From assembly GCF_000026545.1 (NCBI RefSeq), contig NC_011601.1: a stretch of 64,000 nt of DNA; one strand, 5' to 3'. This document shows, one piece after another, positions 35,706 through 45,482 of the stretch (the first letter of the stretch is position 1; each line of letters opens with the position of its first letter). This DNA comes from Escherichia coli O127:H6 str. E2348/69. Lineage in GTDB: Bacteria > Pseudomonadota > Gammaproteobacteria > Enterobacterales > Enterobacteriaceae. The notes under the pieces were generated by a model. It had not been told where the DNA came from, did no database searches, and worked only from the letters and a program-made list of their open reading frames with translations. A program made the position numbers and the translations under genes.

Positions 35706-36531
35706 GTTGAGGCTCCAGAACATCGCGCAAGCCATCACCCAGCAGATTAAAGGCCAGACTGGCAATTAAGATAATTGCGCCGGGAGCGGCGGCAATCCAC
35801 CATTGATCAAAAATGACCTGCATACCGTCGGCGATCATGGCTCCCCATTCCGCCATTGGCGGGCGAGCACCAAGCCCAAGAAAACCCAGGCCAGCAGCCG
35901 CCAGAATGATACCCGCTAAATCCAGCGCCAGACGGACAATGGCAGATGGCAGGCACAATGGCAAAATATGACCAGCCAGCAGACGCCTGCCGCGGATGCC
36001 CATCATTTCTGCGGCGGCAAGATAATCACTGTGTCGCAGACGTTGGATCTCACTCCGTGCCTGACGCGCATAAGCAGGCCAGGTGGTTAATGCCAGCGCC
36101 AGTGCGCCGTTAACCAGCCCCGGCCCCAGCATGGCAACAAAAGCAAAAGCCAGAATTAAACGCGGCATTGACATTACTACGTCAGTAAAACGCATCAGCA
36201 CGCGTTCCAGCCAGCCGCCGTAGTACCCGGCTAAAATGCCAATCAGCAGACCGACCGGGAGTGTAATGATTGTCACCAATGCCACCAGCCCCAGTGCCGG
36301 GCGGCTGCCGTAGATTAAACGTGAAAGTAGGTCTCGCCCGTAACTGTCAGTGCCGAGCCAGTGCTGACGACTCGGTGCTTGTAACCGCGCCGCCGCATCC
36401 TGCCAGTTAGGATCGTGAGGTGCCAGCCACGGCGCGAAGAGCGCAATTAGCATCAATAACAGGATAATTATCAACCCGCAAAACGCGGCGGGTGAATGGC
36501 GTAAACGGCGTAAAAAGAGAAACATCGGCAT
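35698..36531 (-). CDS. ABC transporter permease (DppC/OppC-like)
   Basis: 277 aa; six predicted TM helices; ends 2 nt after the next gene's start codon. Confidence 0.85.
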   Translation of the reverse strand: MPMFLFLRRLRHSPAAFCGLIIILLLMLIALFAPWLAPHDPNWQDAAARLQAPSRQHWLGTDSYGRDLLSRLIYGSRPALGLVALVTIITLPVGLLIGILAGYYGGWLERVLMRFTDVVMSMPRLILAFAFVAMLGPGLVNGALALALTTWPAYARQARSEIQRLRHSDYLAAAEMMGIRGRRLLAGHILPLCLPSAIVRLALDLAGIILAAAGLGFLGLGARPPMAEWGAMIADGMQVIFDQWWIAAAPGAIILIASLAFNLLGDGLRDVLEPQHD

Positions 36532-37580
36532 CAGCGTAACCTCGGATCGGTCAGCCGGACCAGCAGGTCGGTTAAGTTATTTATCAACACAAAGCAGACG
36601 CCAATCAGCAGCGTTCCTCCCATGATTGCTGTGGTATCACCCGCGAAGAGCGCTGTAGTGAGGTAGCGCCCAATACCTGGCCATGAAAAGACGGTTTCTG
36701 TCAGTACCGCGCCTTCCAGCATTGATGTATAGGCGAGGGCGATAACGGTGAGTAAGGTGCCGCGAATGTTGGGTAAAACATGACGTAGCAAAATTGTCAT
36801 CTCGCTGGCCCCTTTGGCGCGCGCCAGCAGAATATATTCTTTATTCATTTCGCCAAGACAGACGGAACGAGTCAGGCGCGTAATACTGGCGAGCGAGAAG
36901 TACGCCAGTAATAAAACCGGAAGTATCAAATGGTTGATTGCATTGGTAAATGCCTCGCGATCGCCAGAAAGCCACGTATCAATCAGCGCAAATCCGCTGC
37001 GGGGTTCTATGGTGAATTGATAAATATCATCCAGCCTGCCCGGCCCGGCACTCCATTGCAGTCTGGCGTAGAACAGCGCCAGCATCAGCAGACCAAGCCA
37101 AAAAACAGGGACGGAATTTCCCAGTAGAGTTAATGTTCGCACGGTGAAATCCAGCGGAGAACCGACATAACGGGCGCAAAGTACACCCGCAATGACGCCG
37201 ACAACAGCACCGACAATAAGCGCCAACGTTGCCAGTTCAATGGTCGCCGGGAATGCTGATAGCAAGTCCTGGAGTACCGGTTGCCCGGTGGAGCTGGCGA
37301 TGCCCAGATCGCCGTGTGCCAGATTCATCAGGTAATGCCAGAACTGGACGGCTAACGGTTGATCCAATCCTAACTGGTGGCGTACCTGATCATAGGTGGA
37401 CTGGCTGGCGTGATCGCCAACGATTTGTAGTACGCGATCGACCGGTGAGAGAGCCGAAAGCGCAAAGGTAATCAGCAGCAGGCCGAGTAGCGTCAGAGCA
37501 ACGGTAAACAGCCCTTGCAACAGCGCGAGCAGAGGGCGTTTGCCTCGCCATCTCGCGCGAGTGGAAAAAACGACAGACAT
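36531..37580 (-). CDS. ABC transporter permease (DppB/OppB-like)
   Basis: About 349 aa from ATG 37580 (GGAAAG RBS); in-frame ATG at 37673 would add 31 aa and lacks an RBS; start uncertain. Confidence 0.75.
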   Translation of the reverse strand: MSVVFSTRARWRGKRPLLALLQGLFTVALTLLGLLLITFALSALSPVDRVLQIVGDHASQSTYDQVRHQLGLDQPLAVQFWHYLMNLAHGDLGIASSTGQPVLQDLLSAFPATIELATLALIVGAVVGVIAGVLCARYVGSPLDFTVRTLTLLGNSVPVFWLGLLMLALFYARLQWSAGPGRLDDIYQFTIEPRSGFALIDTWLSGDREAFTNAINHLILPVLLLAYFSLASITRLTRSVCLGEMNKEYILLARAKGASEMTILLRHVLPNIRGTLLTVIALAYTSMLEGAVLTETVFSWPGIGRYLTTALFAGDTTAIMGGTLLIGVCFVLINNLTDLLVRLTDPRLR

Positions 37581-37679
37581 GATCTTTCCATACAGTGATA
37601 AATCAGCGGCTGGCCTGCAATACAGGCCAGCCCTGGTACCGCGCCCGGTAATATGGCTGGACGCGAGTTGCATACAGGG

Positions 37680-39248
37680 TTATTTGGTTACCTGATCAAA
37701 CCAGACCATATCGGCATTCAACCCTTGTTGATACCCCTGCACATTATCACGCATGACAATTTGCGTTTTGCCTTGATCAATAAAGACATACGGGGAACTA
37801 CGTTGTAGTTCTTGTTGCATTTTCTTATACAAATCAAGACGTTTAGCGCTATCAGGTTCAGCGATGGCCGCCAGCGTTTCTTTGTTCAGTTCCGGGATTT
37901 TCCAGCCGTTTAACCCGGCAACGGTGCTGGATTTGCCATCGTTATAGGCGAAAGAGCTGGCGTTGGAATGTGCGTCAAAATAATCAGGCAACCACATACG
38001 AATGGCCCCCTGATGCTGGTGGGCGCGAACGCGAGAGTAGACCTGACTCCCTGCGGCTGGCAGCAAATCAACTTTTACACCGCCCTGAGCAAAGCTGGCC
38101 TGAATTGACTGCGCGATGGTAATAAATGGCGGTTTATTTTCGACATCAAGCGTGAAGTGCGGGTCTTTGATTCCGGCTTTAGCGAGGATCTCTTTTGCTT
38201 TGGCTGGATTAAAGGTAAACGGTGTTTCTTCCAGTGCTCCAGGAAAGCCCACGGGCAGGAAACTTTGATGGGTAAAATATTGTCCTTTTAAGAGATTTTT
38301 GGTGATGCCGTCGTAATCGACCAACCAGCGAGCGGCCTCCCAGAACGCAGGATTACTCATCAGCGGGTTATCCTTGTTACCGGTATTGAAGGCCAGGTAG
38401 TTCTGTTCGGCGGAGGCAATGCTCATCACTTTTACGCCAGGTTTACCCTGTAATGCATCGATTTGATCGGCTCCCAGATCACGAGCCATATCAGCATCAC
38501 CTTGTTGGATCAGCAGGCGACGCGTTGCCGGATCGGGAACATTTTTGATGATGACGTTTTTCAGTTTCGGGGCGCCGGTTGGTGAGCTGGCGTTGGCTTC
38601 CATCACGATGGCCTGATGCGGTTGGTAAGTACGCATTTTAAACGCGCCGCTGCCAGCGGAATGCATCTTCAGCCATTCATTACCAAAGTCGTTATTTTTG
38701 GCGTTTGGCGCAACCAGCTTCTCGTCAACAATTGAGGCGATTGGTGTGGAGAGAATATTCAGTGCCAGCGCCGGGCTGACGTCGGCACTCCATTGCACCT
38801 GGACGGTATGGTCATCGATTTTCTTCAACTGGCTGGCGATATTTTCCGGCTGCCATCCCAGCACATTGAGAATAAACGCACCGGATTTATTCAGTGTGAC
38901 AGCCCGGACATAAGAGTAAATCACATCTTCCGGGCGTACCGGATTACCAGAGGCAAATTTCGCATCGCTTTTCAGTTTTATGGTTAGCGTTTTGGCTGCT
39001 GGGTCAGCCTGCCAACTTTCCGCCAGAATCGGAGTGATTTTCGTCGGATCATTACGGTCCGGTTGTACTACGCGTTGATACAGACTTGGTACAGTCTGAA
39101 TACTTGAGAGTTCATTAGCTTCTGCCGGGTCCAGACTCACAATATCATCCAGTCCCTGGGCTACAACCAACGTATTAGGCGGTGTAGCGGCAACGGTTGT
39201 GGCGGAAATTGTGCTTAAAACCAGTAAAGGTAATAGTTTTTTAATCAT
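37680..39248 (-). CDS. Periplasmic substrate-binding protein, family 5 (peptide/nickel/opine type)
   Basis: 522 aa; signal peptide MIKKLLPLLVLSTISATTVAA; size and composition typical of DppA/OppA-like proteins; clearly not NikA-like at the N-terminus. Confidence 0.8.
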   Translation of the reverse strand: MIKKLLPLLVLSTISATTVAATPPNTLVVAQGLDDIVSLDPAEANELSSIQTVPSLYQRVVQPDRNDPTKITPILAESWQADPAAKTLTIKLKSDAKFASGNPVRPEDVIYSYVRAVTLNKSGAFILNVLGWQPENIASQLKKIDDHTVQVQWSADVSPALALNILSTPIASIVDEKLVAPNAKNNDFGNEWLKMHSAGSGAFKMRTYQPHQAIVMEANASSPTGAPKLKNVIIKNVPDPATRRLLIQQGDADMARDLGADQIDALQGKPGVKVMSIASAEQNYLAFNTGNKDNPLMSNPAFWEAARWLVDYDGITKNLLKGQYFTHQSFLPVGFPGALEETPFTFNPAKAKEILAKAGIKDPHFTLDVENKPPFITIAQSIQASFAQGGVKVDLLPAAGSQVYSRVRAHQHQGAIRMWLPDYFDAHSNASSFAYNDGKSSTVAGLNGWKIPELNKETLAAIAEPDSAKRLDLYKKMQQELQRSSPYVFIDQGKTQIVMRDNVQGYQQGLNADMVWFDQVTK

Positions 39249-39533
39249 ATGCTTCCCAATCCCTAAAATTACTTTGAGGTTATTAATATGCTATCAGACG
39301 GGGGTTCGCTGCATTAATCGCGCCAGAATATCCCGTTAATAGAACGAGTTAAACGGTCGATGATTTCTCACCTTACCGAAATTTTGTTTATCAAATGTAA
39401 AGTATTATTACGTTAGGCCGCGATGAGAATTGAGTAAAGATAATTCTCATTTGCAATCGTGACAGGAATAGAAGAACAACCGAGAAGACGTCGCTAATAA
39501 CCAGAATGGGCTGGTTTGACTGCGCAGGTATGT

Positions 39534-39569
39534 ATAAAAAAATCCGGAAACAGAGAGTCGTTTCCGGAT
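39534..39569 (-). terminator. Rho-independent terminator of fdhF
   Basis: Hairpin ATCCGGAAAC-AGAGAGTC-GTTTCCGGAT followed on the minus strand by a U-run. Confidence 0.65.
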
Positions 39570-39622
39570 TGATACAAAGGCGTTGGGTAATATCGCCGCT
39601 TTTAACGTGAGTTTACGCGGTA

Positions 39623-41770
39623 TTACGCCAGTGCCGCTTCGCGCAGGCGAGTTTTCAACTTGTTGTACTCGTCAATCACGTACTGCTCGGCGGCGCGCTG
39701 ATCGGCGATCGGCTCGACGCGCACGGCGCAGTATTTGTATTCCGGCGTTTTCGTAATCGGGCTTAAGTTTTCGGTAACCAGCTCGTTACAGGCACCAATC
39801 CACCACTGGTAGGTCATGTAAATCGCCCCTTTGTTCGGACGATCGCTGACCTGCGCACGGGTGATAATTTTGCCTTTACGCGAGTGCACCCAAACCAATG
39901 CCTCATCTTCAATACCCAGACGTTTGGCGTCTTCGGTATTGATTTGTGCGTAGCCAGGTTCATCAGCCAGCGCCGCCAGTGCCGCACAGTTACCGGTCAT
40001 CGAACGGCAAGAGTAGTGACCAACTTCACGCACCGTTGACAGTACCATCGGGTACTCGTCGGTGAGTTTGTCGATTGGCGCGACCCAGTCGCAGGTGAAG
40101 AACTGCGCCAGACCGTTCGGGGTATCAAACTTCTCTTTAAACAGATAAGAAGTCCCCTGATCGGCATCTGAAGTATCCCGGCAAGGCCACTGAATGAAGC
40201 CCAGTTCGCCCATTTTTTCGTAAGTCGCACCGTAGAAATCCGGGCACAGATGACGCAACTCATCCCAGATCTCCTGGGTGTTGTTGTAGTGCATCGGATA
40301 ACCCATACGGGTGGCGATTTCACTGATAATCTGCCAGTCCGTTTTCAGATCCCATTTCGGTTCAACCGCTTTGAAGAAACGCTGGAAGCCACGGTCAGCC
40401 GCAGTAAACACGCCTTCATGCTCGCCCCACGACGTTGACGGTAAAATAACATCCGCCGCCGACGCGGTTTTGGTCATAAAGATGTCCTGAACGATGACCA
40501 GTTCCAGATCTTCAAAGGCTTTACGTACTGCCGACAGCTCCGCGTCAGTTTGCAGCGGATCTTCGCCCATAATGTACGCGGCACGCACTTCGCCATGCGC
40601 TGCGCGGTGCGGCAGCTCGCTGATGCGATAGCCGGTATGAGCAGGCAGGCTTTCCACGCCCCAGGCTTTGGCGAATTTCTCGCGGTTAGCCGGATCTTTC
40701 ACGTACTGGTATCCCGGATACGTATCCGGCAGCGCGCCCATATCGCAGGCACCCTGCACGTTGTTCTGACCACGAACCGGGTTTACACCCGCATGCGGCT
40801 TACCGAGGTTACCAGTCAGCATCGCGAGGCTGGTCAGAGAACGCACGGTTTCCACGCCCTGGTAGAACTGGGTTACACCCATGCCCCACAGGATGGCGGC
40901 GCTTTTCGCCTGGGCATACATCCGCGCCGCCTGACGAATCTCACTGGCGCTGACGCCGGTGATATCTTCAACCGACTCCGGCGTGTAGCCTTCAACGATT
41001 TTACGATACTCTTCAAAGCCTTCTGTACGGGAAGCGACGAAAGCTTTGTCGTACAGGTTTTCTTCAATAATGACATGGCCCATCGCATTCAACAGCGCGA
41101 TGTTCGAGCCGTTTTTCAGTGCAATGTGCATGTCAGCAATGCGCGCGGTTTCAATTTTGCGCGGATCGCAGACGATAATTTTCGCCCCGTTACGTTTAGC
41201 GTTAATTACGTGATTCGCCACGATTGGGTGGGAATCCGCCGGGTTGTACCCGAAAACGAACACTAAATCGGTATTATCAATTTCGTTAATAGCATTGCTC
41301 ATTGCGCCATTACCGACCGATTGGTGCAGACCTGCAACCGATGGGCCGTGTCAGACACGAGCGCAGCAGTCAACGTTATTGGTACCAATAACGGCGCGCG
41401 CAAATTTTTGCATTACATAGTTGGTTTCGTTACCCGTACCACGCGAGGAGCCGGTCGTCTGGATGGCATCCGGACCGTACTTCTCTTTGATGGCGCTCAG
41501 GCGCTCGGCAACGTAATTCAGTGCCTCATCCCAGGAAACAGGTTCGAGTTTGCCGCCACGCTGGCGACGGATCATGGGGGTTTTCAGGCGCGGGGTCAGG
41601 ATCTGGGTATCGTTAATGAAATCCCAGCCATAATAACCCTTCAGACACAGGGTACCCTGGTTGGTTTTCCCCTGCGCTGCCTCCGCCCGGACGATTTTGC
41701 CGTTATCGACGACCAGGTTGATTTTGCAACCTGATGCGCAATAGGGGCAAACCGTGACGACTTTTTTCAT
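39623..41770 (-). CDS. fdhF: Formate dehydrogenase H (FdhF), selenocysteine-containing molybdoenzyme
   Basis: 715 codons with in-frame TGA at 41351-41353 (codon 140, selenocysteine); the two track ORFs 41351-41770 and 39623-41302 are one gene; N-terminal Fe-S cysteines CPYCASGC. Confidence 0.95.
41305..41350 (-). other. SECIS mRNA hairpin directing selenocysteine insertion at the fdhF UGA
   Basis: Minus-strand sequence immediately 3' of the UGA reads CACGGCCCATCGGTTGCAGGTCTGCACCAATCGGTCGG, a stem-loop matching the fdhF SECIS as I remember it. Confidence 0.8.
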
Positions 41771-41821
41771 CGGTCTCGCTCCAGTTAATCAAATCACGCA
41801 TACGCGCTCTCGACTACAGTA

Positions 41822-41837
41822 TGCATCTTTTATGCCA
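41822..41837 (-). promoter_or_regulatory. Sigma-54 promoter of fdhF (minus strand TGGCAT-N5-ATGCA)
   Basis: Reverse complement of 41822-41837 is TGGCATAAAAGATGCA with GG-N10-GC spacing, about 55 bp upstream of the fdhF ATG. Confidence 0.75.
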
Positions 41838-41967
41838 CATTTTATTTGGGGTCATTCCCTGATATTACGGGCACTATTTATTCAAAACTCTGACGAAAAA
41901 CAGGCTGTCGTCAGTTTTGACGTGACGAAACGAAATACCGCGTGACAGCCATCACGCGGCAGACATT

Positions 41968-43434
41968 TTATTTTTTCTCGACGACGGGAGCCGCCTGATA
42001 CCCGCCGCCCAGCGATTTCATCAACTGAATGCTTTGGATCACCCGGCGGCTGTCCAGCATCAGTAATGACATCTCTTCGGCAAGTACTGGCAACCGGGCT
42101 TCAGTGGCCTGTAAGCGGCTGGTTAAGCCGCGTTGATAGGCGGCCTCGGCAGCGCGCTGGGTGAAGCGCGTTGCTTCCACGCGTTCAGCCTGCATCTCTC
42201 GCTCGTCGTTGAGCGTTTGCAGACGCGTGCCGTTGACGGCAACGTCGCGCACCGCATTCAGCACTGACTGGTTGTAACGTTCAATCATCATGTTGCTGGC
42301 GGCGCGAATGCCTTCGAGATTGGCATTCAACCGTCCACCGTCAAACAGCGGCAATTTCAGACCCGGGATAAAGTTGAACTGGCGACTGGTTTTTTTGAAT
42401 AAGGTATCCAGGTGGATAGAATCCAGGCCGAAAAACGCTTTGATATCAAAGCTCGGGTAGAACAACGCCCGCGCGGAATCCACCTGATCTAATGACGCCT
42501 GAACATACCAGCGCATCGCTTGCAGATCCGGGCGTCTGGCGAGCAACTCATAAGAGAGTGTCGCCGGAATACCGGTCTGGACTCGTGGTAATGCCACCGG
42601 TTTGATCTCCGGCATATCGCTGGCTCCCGCGCCAATCAATGCGCGCAGAGATTCCCGCGTTTCAGTGATTTGCCCTTTGACGGCAGCAATTTGTTTATCG
42701 ACCGCCAGAATCTGTGCCCGCGCGCCGTGGAAAGGCACTTGCGCTTCCAGACCGTGCGCCACTTTACTCTGGTGCGCTTTCACCGCGTAATCAATCACAT
42801 CGCGAGTTTGTTCTAACAGATCGAGCATCTGATAGCTGGCCTGCATACTGTAATAAAGCTGCGCTACGCCCGTGGTCAGCGATAGCTCTACTGCTGCGGT
42901 TTCTGCCAGCGCGGCATTATGCGCGCCAATGGCGGCAGCAACCGCTGAGCGATGCACACCCCACAAATCGAGATCCAGTCCGGCAAACAAACCGACTGTG
43001 GCTTCCGTATAGTACGGCCCGTCCATCCCCAGTGCGGGCGCATCCATCGCATAAGGGCTTAAAAAGCCGTTCGCCGAGACACGTTGGCGGTTGAGCATCC
43101 CTAACGCTGCGACCTGTAATTGTGAACCGGCATCTAACAAATCGGCCTGCGACTGCGCTTTTTCTTCCCGCAGTTTCGCTTCGGCGAGGGTGTGTGAACC
43201 ACTTAGCGTCTGTTGGACCAGTGCATCCAACTGCGGGTCATTGAGTTGTTTCCACCACTGCGCCTGCGGCCAACCGGAGCTGGCAAGATGAATATCATCG
43301 GCCAGTTTGATTTGTTCCGGTTTGAGCTGTTGATGAGGCGCAGAATCCTTACGTACCAGGGCACAGCCGGAAATCAGCGTCGTGCTGCCGAGAATGCTGC
43401 ACAACAGCAGGCGTGAAAGTTGACGATTGATCAT
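41968..43434 (-). CDS. mdtP: Outer-membrane efflux channel MdtP (TolC/OprM family lipoprotein)
   Basis: 488 aa; lipoprotein signal LISGCAL; K-12 operon position. Confidence 0.9.
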   Translation of the reverse strand: MINRQLSRLLLCSILGSTTLISGCALVRKDSAPHQQLKPEQIKLADDIHLASSGWPQAQWWKQLNDPQLDALVQQTLSGSHTLAEAKLREEKAQSQADLLDAGSQLQVAALGMLNRQRVSANGFLSPYAMDAPALGMDGPYYTEATVGLFAGLDLDLWGVHRSAVAAAIGAHNAALAETAAVELSLTTGVAQLYYSMQASYQMLDLLEQTRDVIDYAVKAHQSKVAHGLEAQVPFHGARAQILAVDKQIAAVKGQITETRESLRALIGAGASDMPEIKPVALPRVQTGIPATLSYELLARRPDLQAMRWYVQASLDQVDSARALFYPSFDIKAFFGLDSIHLDTLFKKTSRQFNFIPGLKLPLFDGGRLNANLEGIRAASNMMIERYNQSVLNAVRDVAVNGTRLQTLNDEREMQAERVEATRFTQRAAEAAYQRGLTSRLQATEARLPVLAEEMSLLMLDSRRVIQSIQLMKSLGGGYQAAPVVEKK

Positions 43435-45482
43435 TGCGTGGCTCCTTGTACCTGTTCCGTGGCGGGCGTTAATGCCGGGGCTGTCCAGTCTGGCAAGCGG
43501 GCGAAAAGCTGGCAGACGTGTTGCTCCTGTTTTAATAAGGTCGGCAGGATGGCCTGCGAGGCGGGTGTTTCTTCAAGCGTTATTTGAGGAGAACGGCTGA
43601 GTGCAGTTGCCAGACCGGCGGCGTATTTCTCCAGTGCGTCGGCAAACTGACCTGCTCTGTCCGGCTGTAGTGCGTTATCCAGAGCCTGCGCCGAGTTCCA
43701 GGTTGCATCCCAAGCGTGAAGAATATCGCGGCCCTGACGAATAACCGTTTGCGAACGTTCAATCAGTAAAGCGCGTTCTTCGCTGTCCAGTTGACGCTCC
43801 AGCGCCACGCGTTGGCACATCTCTTCACAGGCATTAAACGCCGCATGCAGACCTATGCGAATTTGCAGATAAGTGCGCAGAGCCGTGACTTCCTGCTGGC
43901 GTGGGATCCGCATTACTTTACTCAACATACCCAGCGCGCCAGCCAGTTTTTGCGGCAGCGTGCGCGCTTCACTTTCAGGCCAGACAAAGGTGTAAATCAC
44001 CGCGGACACCACGGTACCAATGATGATACCCAGGGCGCGATCGCGAATTTCCACCAGGTCGTACACCGGGCCAAAAACGTTTTCGAGCGTGGCGAGCGCG
44101 AAGGTGACCACCATCTGTGTGCCGATATAAGAAGAGCGTTCAGAGCTGGTGGCAATCCATGCGCCCAACAGGAAAATCGGTGCCAGCACAAACAGCAATT
44201 CGACAATATTGTCCAGCCAGGGCATGACCAGCAGCGTGAATAACAGCGCCAGAATTGCACCGCAGAAGGCACCGCCAAAACGCAGCGCCATTTTCTGATA
44301 CGACGAACCAACATTCGGGTTAGCGACGATCACGCAGGTCAGCATACAGGTGTGAATGCCTTCCCAGTCCACGCCGCTGTAGAAGGTGTAACAGATCAAA
44401 CAGGCGAGCAGCGTTTTTACCGCGTAGCGCATATAGTCTGGATTGGTAAAAGCGTCGGCGACCATTGATGGCGGTTTGGCGGCGGGCGTTGGCGGCGTAT
44501 TCGGGTCCATCTGACCCAGTTGCAATAACGTCTGGCAGATATTCTCCAGGTTACATTCCCGTGCCGCCATCGCTTCACTTTCACTGATCCGCCAGTCGCT
44601 TTGCCAGCACTGACCTTCGGTAATGGAATGCTGCAGCTTGTTGATTTCTGAAGCTAATTTTTGTCGGAATTCAATAATTGCCTGAGAATCAGCAAAAGAG
44701 GTGGGATCGTAGCGATTCAGCGTCGAGTAAATGTAGGTTACCGTTGTCACGCAGCTTTGCCACCATGCGCTCTGGGTTCGCCAGTTGGCATCGTCCGCGA
44801 GGCAAAAGACATTGAGTTTTTGCAGCGCCAGCGCCTCTCTTTCAATCCGCGTTTCGGGTAGCGGTGCGAGGCTGTCCGTCAGGTGGCTAATGGCATCATC
44901 AAGCCGATCATTAAGCGCCTGATGCATCTGCGTAATGGCACGACTGGGAAACCACAGCACGCCGATTAACGTCATCAGCAAGGTTGGATAGAGGCCAACA
45001 ACGATACACCAGAGCGTTAAGCGCACGACCACTTCCGGATAGTCGAGCATGGCGGGGAAGGTTTGCCCGTAAATAGCGACAATGGCGACGGCGAAAAAGA
45101 CCAGCCCCAACCGATGGGTGCGCATCAAAAACATACCGCCCATCAGGATCGGTCCGGCGATGATCAATCGGATCAACGGTTCGCCGTATGACCATTTGTA
45201 GATCAAAAACAGGCTGCCGATCTCCAGCATCGTGGCGACCACAAACAAGATCGCCACAAATTTGGTGTAAAACGCGTTGGACTGAATACCGTAAAACAGC
45301 ACTGCCAGCGATAACGCCACAAAAGGGATCTCAAAAGTCATCGAGATCAGAATCACCAGCAGGCAGCCTACCCAGAGTTGCATAGTCTGCGGCACGCGGC
45401 CTGGTCGCCGCTCGCTTAACTCTTCATGAAAGAACGCCAGCAGCCTGACCACCGGTAATGGCAGGGAGTTGAGCGCGCTCAT
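43431..45482 (-). CDS. mdtO: Efflux pump membrane protein MdtO (FUSC/AaeB-like)
   Basis: 683 aa; 4-nt overlap with mdtP. Confidence 0.9.
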   Translation of the reverse strand: MSALNSLPLPVVRLLAFFHEELSERRPGRVPQTMQLWVGCLLVILISMTFEIPFVALSLAVLFYGIQSNAFYTKFVAILFVVATMLEIGSLFLIYKWSYGEPLIRLIIAGPILMGGMFLMRTHRLGLVFFAVAIVAIYGQTFPAMLDYPEVVVRLTLWCIVVGLYPTLLMTLIGVLWFPSRAITQMHQALNDRLDDAISHLTDSLAPLPETRIEREALALQKLNVFCLADDANWRTQSAWWQSCVTTVTYIYSTLNRYDPTSFADSQAIIEFRQKLASEINKLQHSITEGQCWQSDWRISESEAMAARECNLENICQTLLQLGQMDPNTPPTPAAKPPSMVADAFTNPDYMRYAVKTLLACLICYTFYSGVDWEGIHTCMLTCVIVANPNVGSSYQKMALRFGGAFCGAILALLFTLLVMPWLDNIVELLFVLAPIFLLGAWIATSSERSSYIGTQMVVTFALATLENVFGPVYDLVEIRDRALGIIIGTVVSAVIYTFVWPESEARTLPQKLAGALGMLSKVMRIPRQQEVTALRTYLQIRIGLHAAFNACEEMCQRVALERQLDSEERALLIERSQTVIRQGRDILHAWDATWNSAQALDNALQPDRAGQFADALEKYAAGLATALSRSPQITLEETPASQAILPTLLKQEQHVCQLFARLPDWTAPALTPATEQVQGATQ

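Noticed and set aside
37581-37673. 31-aa N-terminal extension of the DppB-like permease
   Set aside because: ATG at 37673 lacks a recognisable RBS and places the first TM helix unusually far from the N-terminus; ATG at 37580 with a GGAAAG RBS preferred, with low certainty
40550-41266. 238-aa plus-strand ORF
   Set aside because: Antisense to fdhF
41351-41353. Apparent premature stop splitting fdhF into two ORFs (possible pseudogene)
   Set aside because: The TGA is in frame with both pieces and is followed by a SECIS-like hairpin; this is the expected selenocysteine codon of formate dehydrogenase H
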